Assembly (NCBI GenBank): GCA_963776345.1
Contig: CAVZMH010000022.1
Span: forward strand, 256,001-320,000
Length of the DNA: 64,000 nt
Source of the DNA: an uncultured delta proteobacterium
GTDB lineage: Bacteria > Myxococcota > Myxococcia > Myxococcales > Myxococcaceae
Direction of reading: 5' to 3'
Part shown: positions 34,463-43,851 of the stretch, in pieces
Layout of the letters: each line of letters opens with the position of its first letter
Numbering within the stretch: position 1 is the stretch's first letter
Program-made: the position numbers and the translations under genes
The notes under the pieces: model-generated
What the model saw: only the letters and a program-made list of their open reading frames with translations
Told to the model about the DNA's origin: nothing
Database searches by the model: none

Positions 34463-36947
34463 CCGCGTCCACCAGGTTGGCGAACAGCCGGAACGCGCCC
34501 GGCACCCCGGCGGGGAGCTGCCGGAAGAACGACAGCCCGGTGTAGACGAAGGCGCCCTTCCCGGACCGGGCGATCAGGATCGAGCCCTTCAACGGCGGCT
34601 CACCAGGGTCGTGCATCGCCAGCGGCGCGGCGTAGCGCGGATCCCACGACTCCGCGAAGTACAGCCCGCGCTCCTGCACCCACCCCGCCCAGTCGTCGGG
34701 CCCGATGCGGTTGGGGCCGGTGAGCACCGGGTGCGCCGCCGCCTCGACCGCCGCCGTCTCGTCGGTGACCCGTCCGTGGCCGATCTGGAAGGGGAAGGGC
34801 CCGAGGTCGGGCGGCGCCGAGGAGATCCAGTTGCTGGTCACGTACTGCACCAGCACCGTCCCGCCCGAGGCAACGTACTCCATGAGCTTGGGGTGGAGCG
34901 CCTGCAGCTGCGGCTCGACGTTGAACGCCCGGATGCCGAACACCACGGCGTCGAAGCGGCCCAGGGCGCTCTCTCGCAGGTCGGCGAGCGACAGCGGCGT
35001 GACCTCGTACCCCGCCTGACGCAGCGCCTCGGGCACCTCGTCTCCGGGGCCGGGGACGTAGCCGATGCGATGCCTGGCGTGCGCCACGTCGGCGCGGGTG
35101 AGCTGGACCGTGGCCGGCGGGAGCCAGGTCTGGATGGGGATGTGGGCCGCGTCGATGCGGTGCAGGCCACGATCGAACCGCTGGCCGTCCACCGTGGCGA
35201 CCGCGCGGAGCGTCCCGCGCGCGGCGGTCCGCGGAGGGCTCACCCGAAAGCGGAGCGTGGACTCGCCGCCGGCCTTCACGGTGAACGGCGCGCTCGCTGG
35301 CTCGGCGGAGAACCCCGGTGGAAGCTCGAGGGCCAGCGTGCCCGAGGCGCCGCGGACGCTGCGCACCGTCACCTCGAGCTGGCGGGGGGAGGCGTCCGGG
35401 AAGAGCAGGAGCCCGCTGGGCGGATCCACCGTCACCGCCGGCAGGACCTCGAGCCGGCGGTAGCGCTCTCCGATCACCGGGTCGGTCCACTTGTAGGCCA
35501 CCGGCCGGTGGACGGTGATGGACTCGCTCCCGAAGGCGAAGACCAGCTCCGCCTCGAGCGGCGCCGGCTCCTCGGGGAGCCCCGCCAGCGCCGGGTCCCG
35601 CACCGGGTAGAGGCCCGGCTCCGGCGCGTCCAGCCAGGCGGGGTTGGAGAGGCGCGTGTCCGCTGGGACCTCGAGCGGCGCCTTCGCCTCGAGCGGGACG
35701 CCGGCCTTCAGCGCGGACGGCCCGAGCAGCGCGCGGCTACCCACCCGGGCCGAGGTGAGCGAGACCTGCGCCGGCCGGCGGAGCAGCACGCTGGTGGTCG
35801 CGGTCACGCTGCCGCCGGGCGAGGTGCTGGGGCGGTCCGCGGTGACGTCGGCGAAGAGCCCGGCGCAGGCGAGCACCGCCCGGTCGACCTCGCCGAGCTT
35901 CGCCTCCTTCCACGGATGCTCGGGCATCCGCCGCAGCTCGGCGCGCGCGGCGAGGAGCCCCGGGATCGCGGCCTCGGGAGCGCCCGTCCGGTACGCCTGG
36001 CGTGCCCGCTTCAGCTCCGAGACCAGGCGCGCCGTCCCGGGCACGCGCGACCAGTCGAATGTCACGCCATCCAGCGGCCCGTCCTTCATCGCCTCGCCGG
36101 CGAGGGGGTGAAAGGCCTCGATCGTCGGACCGCGGCGTCGCGCCGCGCCGAAGCCCTGGCTCTTGTGGTTGCTGCGGCTGTCGGCGGCGAGCTCCGGATA
36201 CGACAGCCCGAGCCACGGGTCGTAGCCGCCCACGTCGAGGTGAGGGAGCTTTGCCAGCTCCGCATCCGACTTCCCGAAGAAGTTGCTCTCGTTCCACACC
36301 ACCCGGCGCGCCTTCCACGGGCCCAGCCGCCGGTGCTCGGCATCCGGCATGTACGAGGGATCCGCGGCGCGGGTGAACGCCTCCACCGCCAGCCGCGCCG
36401 AGGCGGTGTGCTGCCCGTGCGTCTCGCCGGCCTCGAGGGGGAAGCGGGTGATGATCACGTCCGGACGGAACCGCCGGATGGCGAGCACCACGTCGGCGAG
36501 CAGCGCGTCGTGCCCCCAGATGGAGAGCGACTCCTCGGGACTCTTCGAGTAGCCGAAGTCCCGCGCCCGGGTGAACAGCTGCTCGGCCCCGTCCATCGCG
36601 CGCGCCGCGAGCAGCTCCTGGGTGCGGATGAGCCCGAGCGCGGGGCCCAGCTCCGGGCCGATCAGGTTCTGGCCGCCGTCGCCCCGCGTCACCGACAGAT
36701 AGCCGGTGCGAAGCAGCGAATGGTTGGAAAGGTAAGCCAGGAGGCGGGTGTTCTCGTCGTCCGGGTGGGCGGCGACGTAGAGGACACCTCCCACCACCAG
36801 CAACCGATCGAGCCAGCGTTCCAGCCGCGCTCCATCGGGCTGGGAGGGGCGCAGGGTGGGCGCAGCGTTCGCGGTGGAGAGCAGCAGGGGCAGGGTGAGG
36901 ACCATCGGGGCAAGCAAGACGCGGCGCGCGCGTTTGGACGGGTGCAT
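34455..36947 (-). CDS. Secreted PIG-L/LmbE family deacetylase with Ig-like (NEW3-like) and glutamine-amidotransferase-like C-terminal domains
   Basis: Signal peptide ending ANA; AAHPDDE, TRGDGGQN, RTQELLAAR..DG, DFGYSKS, HGQH; C-terminal WVQERGLYF and FFRQLPAGVPGAFRL. Start may be ATG 36905. Confidence 0.9.
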   Translation of the reverse strand: MHPSKRARRVLLAPMVLTLPLLLSTANAAPTLRPSQPDGARLERWLDRLLVVGGVLYVAAHPDDENTRLLAYLSNHSLLRTGYLSVTRGDGGQNLIGPELGPALGLIRTQELLAARAMDGAEQLFTRARDFGYSKSPEESLSIWGHDALLADVVLAIRRFRPDVIITRFPLEAGETHGQHTASARLAVEAFTRAADPSYMPDAEHRRLGPWKARRVVWNESNFFGKSDAELAKLPHLDVGGYDPWLGLSYPELAADSRSNHKSQGFGAARRRGPTIEAFHPLAGEAMKDGPLDGVTFDWSRVPGTARLVSELKRARQAYRTGAPEAAIPGLLAARAELRRMPEHPWKEAKLGEVDRAVLACAGLFADVTADRPSTSPGGSVTATTSVLLRRPAQVSLTSARVGSRALLGPSALKAGVPLEAKAPLEVPADTRLSNPAWLDAPEPGLYPVRDPALAGLPEEPAPLEAELVFAFGSESITVHRPVAYKWTDPVIGERYRRLEVLPAVTVDPPSGLLLFPDASPRQLEVTVRSVRGASGTLALELPPGFSAEPASAPFTVKAGGESTLRFRVSPPRTAARGTLRAVATVDGQRFDRGLHRIDAAHIPIQTWLPPATVQLTRADVAHARHRIGYVPGPGDEVPEALRQAGYEVTPLSLADLRESALGRFDAVVFGIRAFNVEPQLQALHPKLMEYVASGGTVLVQYVTSNWISSAPPDLGPFPFQIGHGRVTDETAAVEAAAHPVLTGPNRIGPDDWAGWVQERGLYFAESWDPRYAAPLAMHDPGEPPLKGSILIARSGKGAFVYTGLSFFRQLPAGVPGAFRLFANLVDAGG

Positions 36948-36972
36948 GGGCACTGGTACGGTGGAATCTGGC

Positions 36973-38577
36973 ATGGCTTCGGACTTCTTCGCGCAGTTCA
37001 TCGCCGGGGAAGCCGACGCCGCGACACTCCTGCCCGCGAGCCCGCTGGACCCGAAGGCCTGGGACCAGGCCACGGCCCGCGCCTCGCGGCGCCGGCCGGT
37101 GCAGGGAGTGGTCGAGGAGCTGCAGCGACAGGCGGCGGCGCTGCCGGCCTCCGCCGCGCGGGATGCGGCCCTCGCCGCGCTCGAGCTCCCGGGGACGACC
37201 TGCGTCGTGACCGGACAGCAAGTCGGTGTCTTCCTCGGTCCGCTGTACACGTTGCACAAGGCCGCGACCGCGGTGGCGCGGTCCAGGTGGCTCGGCGAAC
37301 GCACGGGGCGGCCGTGCATTCCAGTCTTCTGGCTGCAGACCGAGGACCACGACTGGGCGGAGGTGGCCCGGTTCGACGGCTGCGTGCGCGGGAGCTGGAG
37401 CTCGGGCCGGCTTCCCCCCGAGCCGGCCGCCGAGGCCCGCGTGTCCCTGGCCCATCGCCGGCTCCCGCCGGAGGTCGAGGTCCACCTCGCGGCCCTCTCG
37501 CGGACGCTGGCCCCGCTGCCGCACGGCGCCGCGGTGTCGGCGCTCCTCGGCCGGCACTACGTCGCGGGGCGCTCGCCCGGCGCGGCCTTCGCCGGGGTCC
37601 TCTCCGAGCTGTTCGCCGAGGAGGGCCTGGTGCTGCTCGATCCGCGGACCCCCGCCATGGCGGCGCGTGCCGCGCCTCTGGTCCGCTTCGCGCTCGAGGA
37701 GCACGACGCGATCGGAGCCGCGCTCGAGGCGCGCTGCATGGAGCTCGCCCGCCACGGGTTCCACGAGCAGGTGCACACCCGCGCCGACGCCTCGCTGGCC
37801 TTCTTCCACCCCGCCGGCCCCGCGGGCCCCCGCTTCCGGCCGGACCGCGACGGTGACGGGTTCCGCACGCCGCTCGGGAGGGTCTCGCTGGCCGAGCTGC
37901 GCGCGCGGCTCGCCGACGTTCCGCTCTCCTTCAGCACCTCGGCGCTGCTGCGCCCGCTGGTGCAGGACACGCTGCTGCCCACCGCGGCGTACCTGGGTGG
38001 ACCGGCCGAGTGCACCTACTTCGCCCAGCTCCCGCCCCTCTACCAGCTGGCCGGGGTGGAGCTGCCGATGATCGGCCCGCGGGCGAGGTTCCGGGTGGTG
38101 GACCCGTGGACCGCCGGAGCGCTCGGGCGGCTCGGGCTCACTGCGGAGGACACGGACCAGCCGGTCCACGCGCTGGCCGCGCGGCTCCACGCCTGGCCTC
38201 CCTGGATGGACGGCTCGCTCCGCCAGCGTCTGCTCGGGCCCGTCGAGCGGGAGCTGGAGGCGCTCCGACCCGAGGCGGTGGCGCTCGACCCCGCGCTGGC
38301 CCGGAACGTGGAGAAGACCAGGGCGCACCTGGCGCGCGGCGTGGACCGCTTCATCGGCCGGCTGCAGCGCGCGGTGCTCTCCTCGAGCGGCGTGGGAACG
38401 GGCGCCCTCACCGCCCTCGAGCAGGTGACCGCGGCGCTGAACCCGGGAGGACGGCCCCAGGAGCGCGTGCACGGATTCTGGGCCATCGCCGCCGAGGTGG
38501 GTCCGCGCGCCCTGGTCTCCAGCCTGGTGGCGGCCGCCGCGCCGCTCTCGCCCGAGCTGCGGACGGTGCGGCCGTGA
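36973..38577 (+). CDS. bshC: Bacillithiol biosynthesis cysteine-adding enzyme BshC
   Basis: VVTGQQ.G.F.GPLYT..KA, PVFWLQTEDHDWAE, S.SALLRPLVQD.LLPT.AY.GGPAE..Y, PQER. Confidence 0.92.
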   Translation: MASDFFAQFIAGEADAATLLPASPLDPKAWDQATARASRRRPVQGVVEELQRQAAALPASAARDAALAALELPGTTCVVTGQQVGVFLGPLYTLHKAATAVARSRWLGERTGRPCIPVFWLQTEDHDWAEVARFDGCVRGSWSSGRLPPEPAAEARVSLAHRRLPPEVEVHLAALSRTLAPLPHGAAVSALLGRHYVAGRSPGAAFAGVLSELFAEEGLVLLDPRTPAMAARAAPLVRFALEEHDAIGAALEARCMELARHGFHEQVHTRADASLAFFHPAGPAGPRFRPDRDGDGFRTPLGRVSLAELRARLADVPLSFSTSALLRPLVQDTLLPTAAYLGGPAECTYFAQLPPLYQLAGVELPMIGPRARFRVVDPWTAGALGRLGLTAEDTDQPVHALAARLHAWPPWMDGSLRQRLLGPVERELEALRPEAVALDPALARNVEKTRAHLARGVDRFIGRLQRAVLSSSGVGTGALTALEQVTAALNPGGRPQERVHGFWAIAAEVGPRALVSSLVAAAAPLSPELRTVRP

Positions 38578-39764
38578 GCGCGCTCGGCGTCGGCATCGCC
38601 TGCTTCCCCACGGTGGGCGGGAGCGGAGTCGCCGCCTCTCAGCTCGCGATGCAGCTGGCCGCGCGCGGCCACCGGGTCCACGTCTTCTCCGCGGGTGTCC
38701 CGGTGCGCCTGGAAGGGGCTGGCCCGTGGACGGTGCACCGGGTCGCCACCTCACCCCGGCCCCCGTCCGAGGCGGTGGCGCAGCCGATCGCGCTGGCGAG
38801 GGCCATGGCGGAGGTGACGGTGCGCGAATCGCTGGACCTCCTGCACGTGCACTACGCGCTCCCGCACGGGCCCGCGGCGCTGCTCGCCCGGGAACTGGTG
38901 CGAGGCCAGGGTCGCCGGCCTCCGGGGCTGGTCACCACGCTGCACGGCACCGACGTGACCGGCGTGGCGCACGACGCGGCGATGCGCGCGCAGGTCCGCG
39001 AGGCGGTGCTCGGCAGCGGCGCGGTCCTCACCCCGTCCGCCTGGCTGCGCCGGGTGGCGATCGAGACGCTCGCGCTCCCGCCGAGCGTCGGGGTGGCGGT
39101 GGTGCCGAACTTCGTCGACCCCCGGACGTTCCACCCGCTCGACGACGGCGCGGGGGAGGTGCCGGCGCTCTTCCCCGCGCTCGACTGGAGCCCCGGCCGG
39201 CGTCCCGCGGTGCTGCTCCATGCCTCCAACTTCCGGCCGGTGAAGCGGGTGGGCGACGCGGTGCGGGCGCTGGCCGAGGTGCGGCGCAGCCGGGCGGCGG
39301 TGCTGGTGCTGGTGGGCGATGGGCCGGATCGCGAGGCCGTGGAGGCGCTCGCGGCTTCGCTCGGCGTCCGGGACGCGGTGGCCTTCGCCGGGGAGCGCCG
39401 CTCGCTGGGCGACCTCTTCGCCCACGCCGATCTGTTCCTGCTCCCCAGCGCGCAGGAGAGCTTCGGCCTCGCCGCGCTCGAGTCGCTGGCCTCGGGCGTC
39501 CCGGTGGTGGCCAGCGACGTGGGTGGCGTGCCCGAGGTGGTGACCCACGGCGAGACGGGCTGGCTCGTGCCGCCCGGGGATCCGGCGGCGATGGCGTCGG
39601 CGGCGCTCTCCCTGCTCGCCGACCCGCCTCGGCGCGCGGCGATGGGCCGGGCGGCGCGGGCGGCGGCCCTCGCGCGCTTCCAGCCCGGGCCGCTGGTCTC
39701 GCGGGTGGAGGAGATCTACCGCGGGGTCTTGGCACCGGCGTCCGGCGATCCAGCTCCCGGCTGA
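38574..39764 (+). CDS. bshA: N-acetyl-alpha-D-glucosaminyl L-malate synthase BshA (GT4)
   Basis: IACFPTVGGSG, LHVHYALPH, TTLHGTD, HASNFRPVKR, ESFGLAALE; GTGA-coupled to bshC. Confidence 0.93.
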   Translation: MSALGVGIACFPTVGGSGVAASQLAMQLAARGHRVHVFSAGVPVRLEGAGPWTVHRVATSPRPPSEAVAQPIALARAMAEVTVRESLDLLHVHYALPHGPAALLARELVRGQGRRPPGLVTTLHGTDVTGVAHDAAMRAQVREAVLGSGAVLTPSAWLRRVAIETLALPPSVGVAVVPNFVDPRTFHPLDDGAGEVPALFPALDWSPGRRPAVLLHASNFRPVKRVGDAVRALAEVRRSRAAVLVLVGDGPDREAVEALAASLGVRDAVAFAGERRSLGDLFAHADLFLLPSAQESFGLAALESLASGVPVVASDVGGVPEVVTHGETGWLVPPGDPAAMASAALSLLADPPRRAAMGRAARAAALARFQPGPLVSRVEEIYRGVLAPASGDPAPG

Positions 39765-39921
39765 TCCGGCGCCGCTCCGGACGGCGGAGAGCCGGGGCAA
39801 GTGTCCGTGGCCGGACAGGCGCCACGGGGTCGCGCTGCCGCTCACCGCAAGCGCCTCGGCAGGTCGGGCGTACTGAGGCAGAACGGTCTATGCAGCGGAT
39901 GACGCGAGAAGGAGGGCAGGC

Positions 39922-40281
39922 ATGAGCACGACAGGATGGAAGTGGCTGACCCGTGCGGCGGTGCTGGGGGCGGTGCTGTCCTCGCCTCATGCCGCGTGGG
40001 CCCAGAGCGTCGGGCTGCCCGGGACCACCGGTGGCAGCTCGCAGACCAGTGCCGCCACCATCAACAACGCGCCGACCTTCGACCCCTCCGCGCAGGCCGC
40101 CGCGCTCCTCATCGGAAACTACCGCGTCCCCGGCGCGCCGCCCGTCGACCCCACCGCCACGTACCGGGTCCCGACCGCGGGCGCCGGCGGAGGCTCGAGC
40201 ACCACCACCAGCACCACCACCACCACCACCAACACCAGCACCGCCACCACGGCGACGGCGTCGACCACGGGCTCGCAGTAG
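39922..40281 (+). CDS. Small secreted protein with Thr-rich low-complexity tail
   Basis: GGAGG ribosome-binding site; signal peptide ending AWA; YRVP occurs twice; poly-Thr tail. Confidence 0.75.
   Translation: MSTTGWKWLTRAAVLGAVLSSPHAAWAQSVGLPGTTGGSSQTSAATINNAPTFDPSAQAAALLIGNYRVPGAPPVDPTATYRVPTAGAGGGSSTTTSTTTTTTNTSTATTATASTTGSQ
40201..40250 (+). repeat. (ACC)n-rich trinucleotide tract encoding poly-Thr
   Basis: accaccaccagcaccaccaccaccaccaccaacaccagcaccgccaccac. Confidence 0.8.
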
Positions 40282-40403
40282 GGAACGCCCGAGCGGAGCG
40301 GCGCCGGTCGGCCGAGCGAGGCTCTGGCGTCGGGTGCGGGGGAGTGACAGCGTAGGCGCCTGCTTCCCCGGTGTCGCTCGCCCTCCCCGGAGGCCCCTCG
40401 CCG

Positions 40404-42017
40404 ATGTCGCTCGGAACGATGATGGAGTTCCCGCTGACGCTGGACCACCTCCTGGTCCGCGCCGAGCGGATGTTCCCGGCCGTGCCCGTCGTCTCCCGCC
40501 TGCCGGACCGCTCGCTCCACCGGACCACCTACGGGCAGGTGGCGAAGCGCGCCCGGGCCCTCGCCGAGGCGCTGGCCCGCGCCGGCCTGCGCCCGGGCGA
40601 CCGGGTGGCCACGCTGATGTGGAACCACGCCGCGCACCTCGAGGCCTACCTCGGCGTCCCGCTCGCCGGTGGCGTGGTGCACACGCTCAATCTCCGCCTC
40701 GCGCCGGAGGAGCTGGCGTTCATCGTCAGCCACGCCGACGACCGCTTCCTCCTGGTGGACGAGGTGCTGCTGCCGCTCTGGGAGAAGGTCCGCCCGCGGG
40801 CGGCGATCGAGCGGGTGGTGGTGGTCTCGGCGTCGCAGGGCGGCGAGTACGAGGCCCTGCTCTCCACCGCGACCGGCGGCTGGACCGCGCCGAGGCTCGC
40901 GGAGAGCGACCCGTGCGGCATGTGCTACACCTCCGGGACCACCGGGCAATCCAAGGGCGTGGTGTACACGCACCGGAGCACGATGCTGCACACGCTCAGC
41001 GCCGCCCTCGCCGACGGGCTCGCGCTGCGGCACGCCGACGCGGTCCTGCCGGTGGTCCCGATGTTCCATGCCAACGCCTGGGGTCTGCCCTACGCGGCGG
41101 TGATGACCGGCGCGAAGACCGTGTTCCCCGGGCCGGCGCTCGATGCGGAGAGCGTCCTCGACCTCATGGCGCGGGAGCAGGTGACGGTCTCCGCCGGGGT
41201 GCCGACGGTCTGGTTCGGCGTGCTCGAGGCGCTGGACCGCGAGCCCCGGCGCTGGGCGCTGGCGCCCGGCCTGCGGATGATCGTCGGGGGCTCGGCCGCG
41301 CCGGAGTCGCTCCTCCGCGGGTTCGACCGGCACGGGGTCACCGTGGTGCACGCCTGGGGCATGACCGAGATGTCGCCGCTCGGCTCGGTGTGCCACCTCG
41401 GGCCCGAGGCGGCGTCGCTCGACCAGGCCGGGAGGTACGCGCAGCGCGCGCGCCAGGGACGCCCGTCGCCGCTGGTCGAGATCCGCGCGGTGAACGAGGC
41501 CGGCGAGGTGCCGTGGGACGACCGGACGATGGGCGAACTTCAAGTCCGCGGCCCCTGGGTGACGGCGCGCTACCACCACAACGACGAGGTGAAGGACCGC
41601 TGGACTCCGGACGGCTGGTTCCGGACCGGCGACGTGGTCACCCTCGACGCGACGGGGAGCATCAAGCTGACCGACCGCACCAAAGATTTGGTCAAATCCG
41701 GCGGCGAGTGGATCTCCTCGGTCGATCTGGAGAACGTGCTGATGGGGCACCCCGCGGTGCAGGAGGCGGCGGTGGTGGCGGTGGCGCACCCGCGCTGGGG
41801 TGAGCGGCCCCTCGCCACGGTGGTGCTCCGGCGCGACCGCTCGGCGACCGCGCCCGAGCTCCAGGAGTTCCTGAAGGCCCGGTTCCCGAAGTTCTGGGTC
41901 CCCGAGGCCATCGTCTTCGCGGAGTCCATCCCGCGCACCTCGGCGGGCAAGTTCCGCAAGTCCGAGCTGCGCGAGCGGTACGCCGGCTGGACCTGGCCGG
42001 CTACTTCTTCCAGCTGA
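40404..42017 (+). CDS. Long/medium-chain fatty-acid--CoA ligase (AlkK/FadD-like)
   Basis: YTSGTTGQSKG, PMFHANAWG, WGMTE, WFRTGD, DRTKDLVKSGGEWISS; GGAGG before ATG 40404. Confidence 0.93.
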   Translation: MSLGTMMEFPLTLDHLLVRAERMFPAVPVVSRLPDRSLHRTTYGQVAKRARALAEALARAGLRPGDRVATLMWNHAAHLEAYLGVPLAGGVVHTLNLRLAPEELAFIVSHADDRFLLVDEVLLPLWEKVRPRAAIERVVVVSASQGGEYEALLSTATGGWTAPRLAESDPCGMCYTSGTTGQSKGVVYTHRSTMLHTLSAALADGLALRHADAVLPVVPMFHANAWGLPYAAVMTGAKTVFPGPALDAESVLDLMAREQVTVSAGVPTVWFGVLEALDREPRRWALAPGLRMIVGGSAAPESLLRGFDRHGVTVVHAWGMTEMSPLGSVCHLGPEAASLDQAGRYAQRARQGRPSPLVEIRAVNEAGEVPWDDRTMGELQVRGPWVTARYHHNDEVKDRWTPDGWFRTGDVVTLDATGSIKLTDRTKDLVKSGGEWISSVDLENVLMGHPAVQEAAVVAVAHPRWGERPLATVVLRRDRSATAPELQEFLKARFPKFWVPEAIVFAESIPRTSAGKFRKSELRERYAGWTWPATSSS

Positions 42018-42846
42018 CTAGGGCCCTGGCCACGTCCTCCTCCTCGAAGAAGTTCTTCGCGGCCTTGCCCAGCGTCTGCGCCCGCTGGGCCGCGGCCACC
42101 GCCTCGGCGTTCTTCCCCGCGGCGTGGAGGAGCTGCGCCCGGGTCCAGACGTTGTTCCACTCCTCCTTGAGCTTGATGGAGCGGTCGGCGAGCTGCATCG
42201 CCAGCGCGGGCTCGATGCCGGCGCCGAGCAGGTAGCGGGCGGCGGCGTTGTAGGGCTTCCAGTCGTCGCCCTTCAGCGCGCGGATCTGGGAGAGCACCTT
42301 CTCCCGGGTCCCGGTGGTGAACCTCACCGCCACCCGCTGGGTCTCCCACTCCATCACCAGGGCGCCCTTCTCGTCGTCGAAGTCGACGATGGCGAAGGCC
42401 AGGCGCTCGCGGAGCGGGACCGTGCTCGCGGCGGCCGTGACGCGGAGGGCGTCCTCAGACTGCTTGTAGTCGCCCGCGCCCCACAGCTCGGTGTTCTTGC
42501 TGAGGATGAAGGTCCAGCCGGACTTCTGCGGCAGGAAGAACAGGCAGTAGGCGCCGGCGGGCACCGGCTTGCCCTCGATCGACACCGGTGTGGAGAAGGT
42601 CACCTTGGTGCACTCGTTGGCGCCGGCGCGCCAGAGCTCGTCGAAGGGCACCACCTCGCCCCAGATCTTCCGGCCCCTCACCGAGGGGCTCGAGTAGACG
42701 ATGGAGATGTCGGTCAGGCCCACGGTCTGGGTCGCCGACCCCTTCGGGCTCGGGCGGGGAAGGTCGAGCTTCGGCGCGGGCTGGGCGAGCGCGGCGCCGG
42801 CGCCGAGCGCCACGGAGAGGATGACCTGGGAGATCGAACGCAGCAC
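42001..42846 (-). CDS. DUF2911 domain protein with C-terminal TPR
   Basis: Signal peptide; PRPSP, QTVGLTDI.I.YS.P.VRGR.IWG..VP...WRAGANE. Confidence 0.9.
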   Translation of the reverse strand: MLRSISQVILSVALGAGAALAQPAPKLDLPRPSPKGSATQTVGLTDISIVYSSPSVRGRKIWGEVVPFDELWRAGANECTKVTFSTPVSIEGKPVPAGAYCLFFLPQKSGWTFILSKNTELWGAGDYKQSEDALRVTAAASTVPLRERLAFAIVDFDDEKGALVMEWETQRVAVRFTTGTREKVLSQIRALKGDDWKPYNAAARYLLGAGIEPALAMQLADRSIKLKEEWNNVWTRAQLLHAAGKNAEAVAAAQRAQTLGKAAKNFFEEEDVARALVSWKK

Positions 42847-43096
42847 TGCCGCCTCGGTGGAGAAGGGTGGGGCCGCGGAGCATATCCAACCGCTCGCGGG
42901 CGGTGGGTCCACTTCGCTCCGGCAGGTCTCGCCGACCCGGCCGGGGTAGCCCCGGAACCAGTCGTCTCGCCCATCTGCAGACTGGCGTCTTCCTTGCTGA
43001 ACGAACGGTCGGAGGGGGAGCCGGTCCGCCCGTCTCGTTGCTCGTCCGCGCGGGTCGTCCGGTTCTCTTCGTTGGACGAGCGGTCTCGAGTCGAAC

Positions 43097-43336
43097 ATGA
43101 AGCGGTGGATGTGGGTCGCCGGAGCGCTCGCCCTGAGCGGTTGCCTGCCGATGGACGGCGGGACCGGCTCCAACACGAACTCCAGCAGCAGCCAGCAGCA
43201 GTGCAACACCGGCTACTGCTACTCGTACCTCGAGGGCGTCTGCTGCCCGAGGTCCGCGCCGTACGCCTGCAATGGGTCCTGCTACACCTATTCTGGCGGT
43301 GGCGGGTGCAGCAGCTACAAGACCCAGTGCTTCTAG
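43097..43336 (+). CDS. Small Cys-rich lipoprotein (8 Cys after the lipobox)
   Basis: Lipobox LSGC, Ser/Asn linker, Cys/Tyr-rich domain. Confidence 0.8.
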   Translation: MKRWMWVAGALALSGCLPMDGGTGSNTNSSSSQQQCNTGYCYSYLEGVCCPRSAPYACNGSCYTYSGGGGCSSYKTQCF

Positions 43337-43352
43337 CGCTGAGCGGACGAGG

Positions 43353-43700
43353 TCACTGACAGACGTTGTTGCAGCTCGCCGGCGTCACGCCGTTGGTGAC
43401 GTCGGTGCATGACTCGTTGCCGTAGTCGTTGATGCAGCTGCTGGCGGCCGAGGCGTTGTAGCTCTTCCCGCTCGGGCACGAGGTGTTGGTGCTGGTGCAG
43501 CCCGCGGAGAGGGTGGAGGCACAGGTCGAGGCATTGCCGTAGAGCTGCGCCGCGCCGGCGGCGTTGCACTGGAAGAGCTTGTTGCACACGGTGGTGAACA
43601 CGCTCTTGCAGGCCGCGACCGGGTCCGAGGTGTTGTTGCTGGATCCGCCGCAGCCGAGGACGGCGGCGGCGAGGATGAAGGCGGACAGCGTGCGATGCAT
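43353..43700 (-). CDS. Small Cys-rich lipoprotein (10 Cys after the lipobox)
   Basis: Lipobox VLGC, AAGGAGG ribosome-binding site, CxxxxxxxCxxxxxC pattern. Confidence 0.85.
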   Translation of the reverse strand: MHRTLSAFILAAAVLGCGGSSNNTSDPVAACKSVFTTVCNKLFQCNAAGAAQLYGNASTCASTLSAGCTSTNTSCPSGKSYNASAASSCINDYGNESCTDVTNGVTPASCNNVCQ

Positions 43701-43851
43701 GTGAGACCTCCTTCGGGTTCGCCCCGGAGGCTAGGGACGCGGCTCGAGCACCCGGCAGGTGCGCTTCGGAAATACCGGGTGGGCCACCGAGGTCCTGGCA
43801 TCCCGTCGCACGCCGGTTAGTCTCCCGCGCCTTCGCCCCCGGAGGTGGTCC

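Noticed and set aside
34455..36947. Calling the PIG-L protein bshB
   Set aside because: It is about 830 aa with a signal peptide and extra domains, whereas BshB enzymes are small and cytoplasmic.
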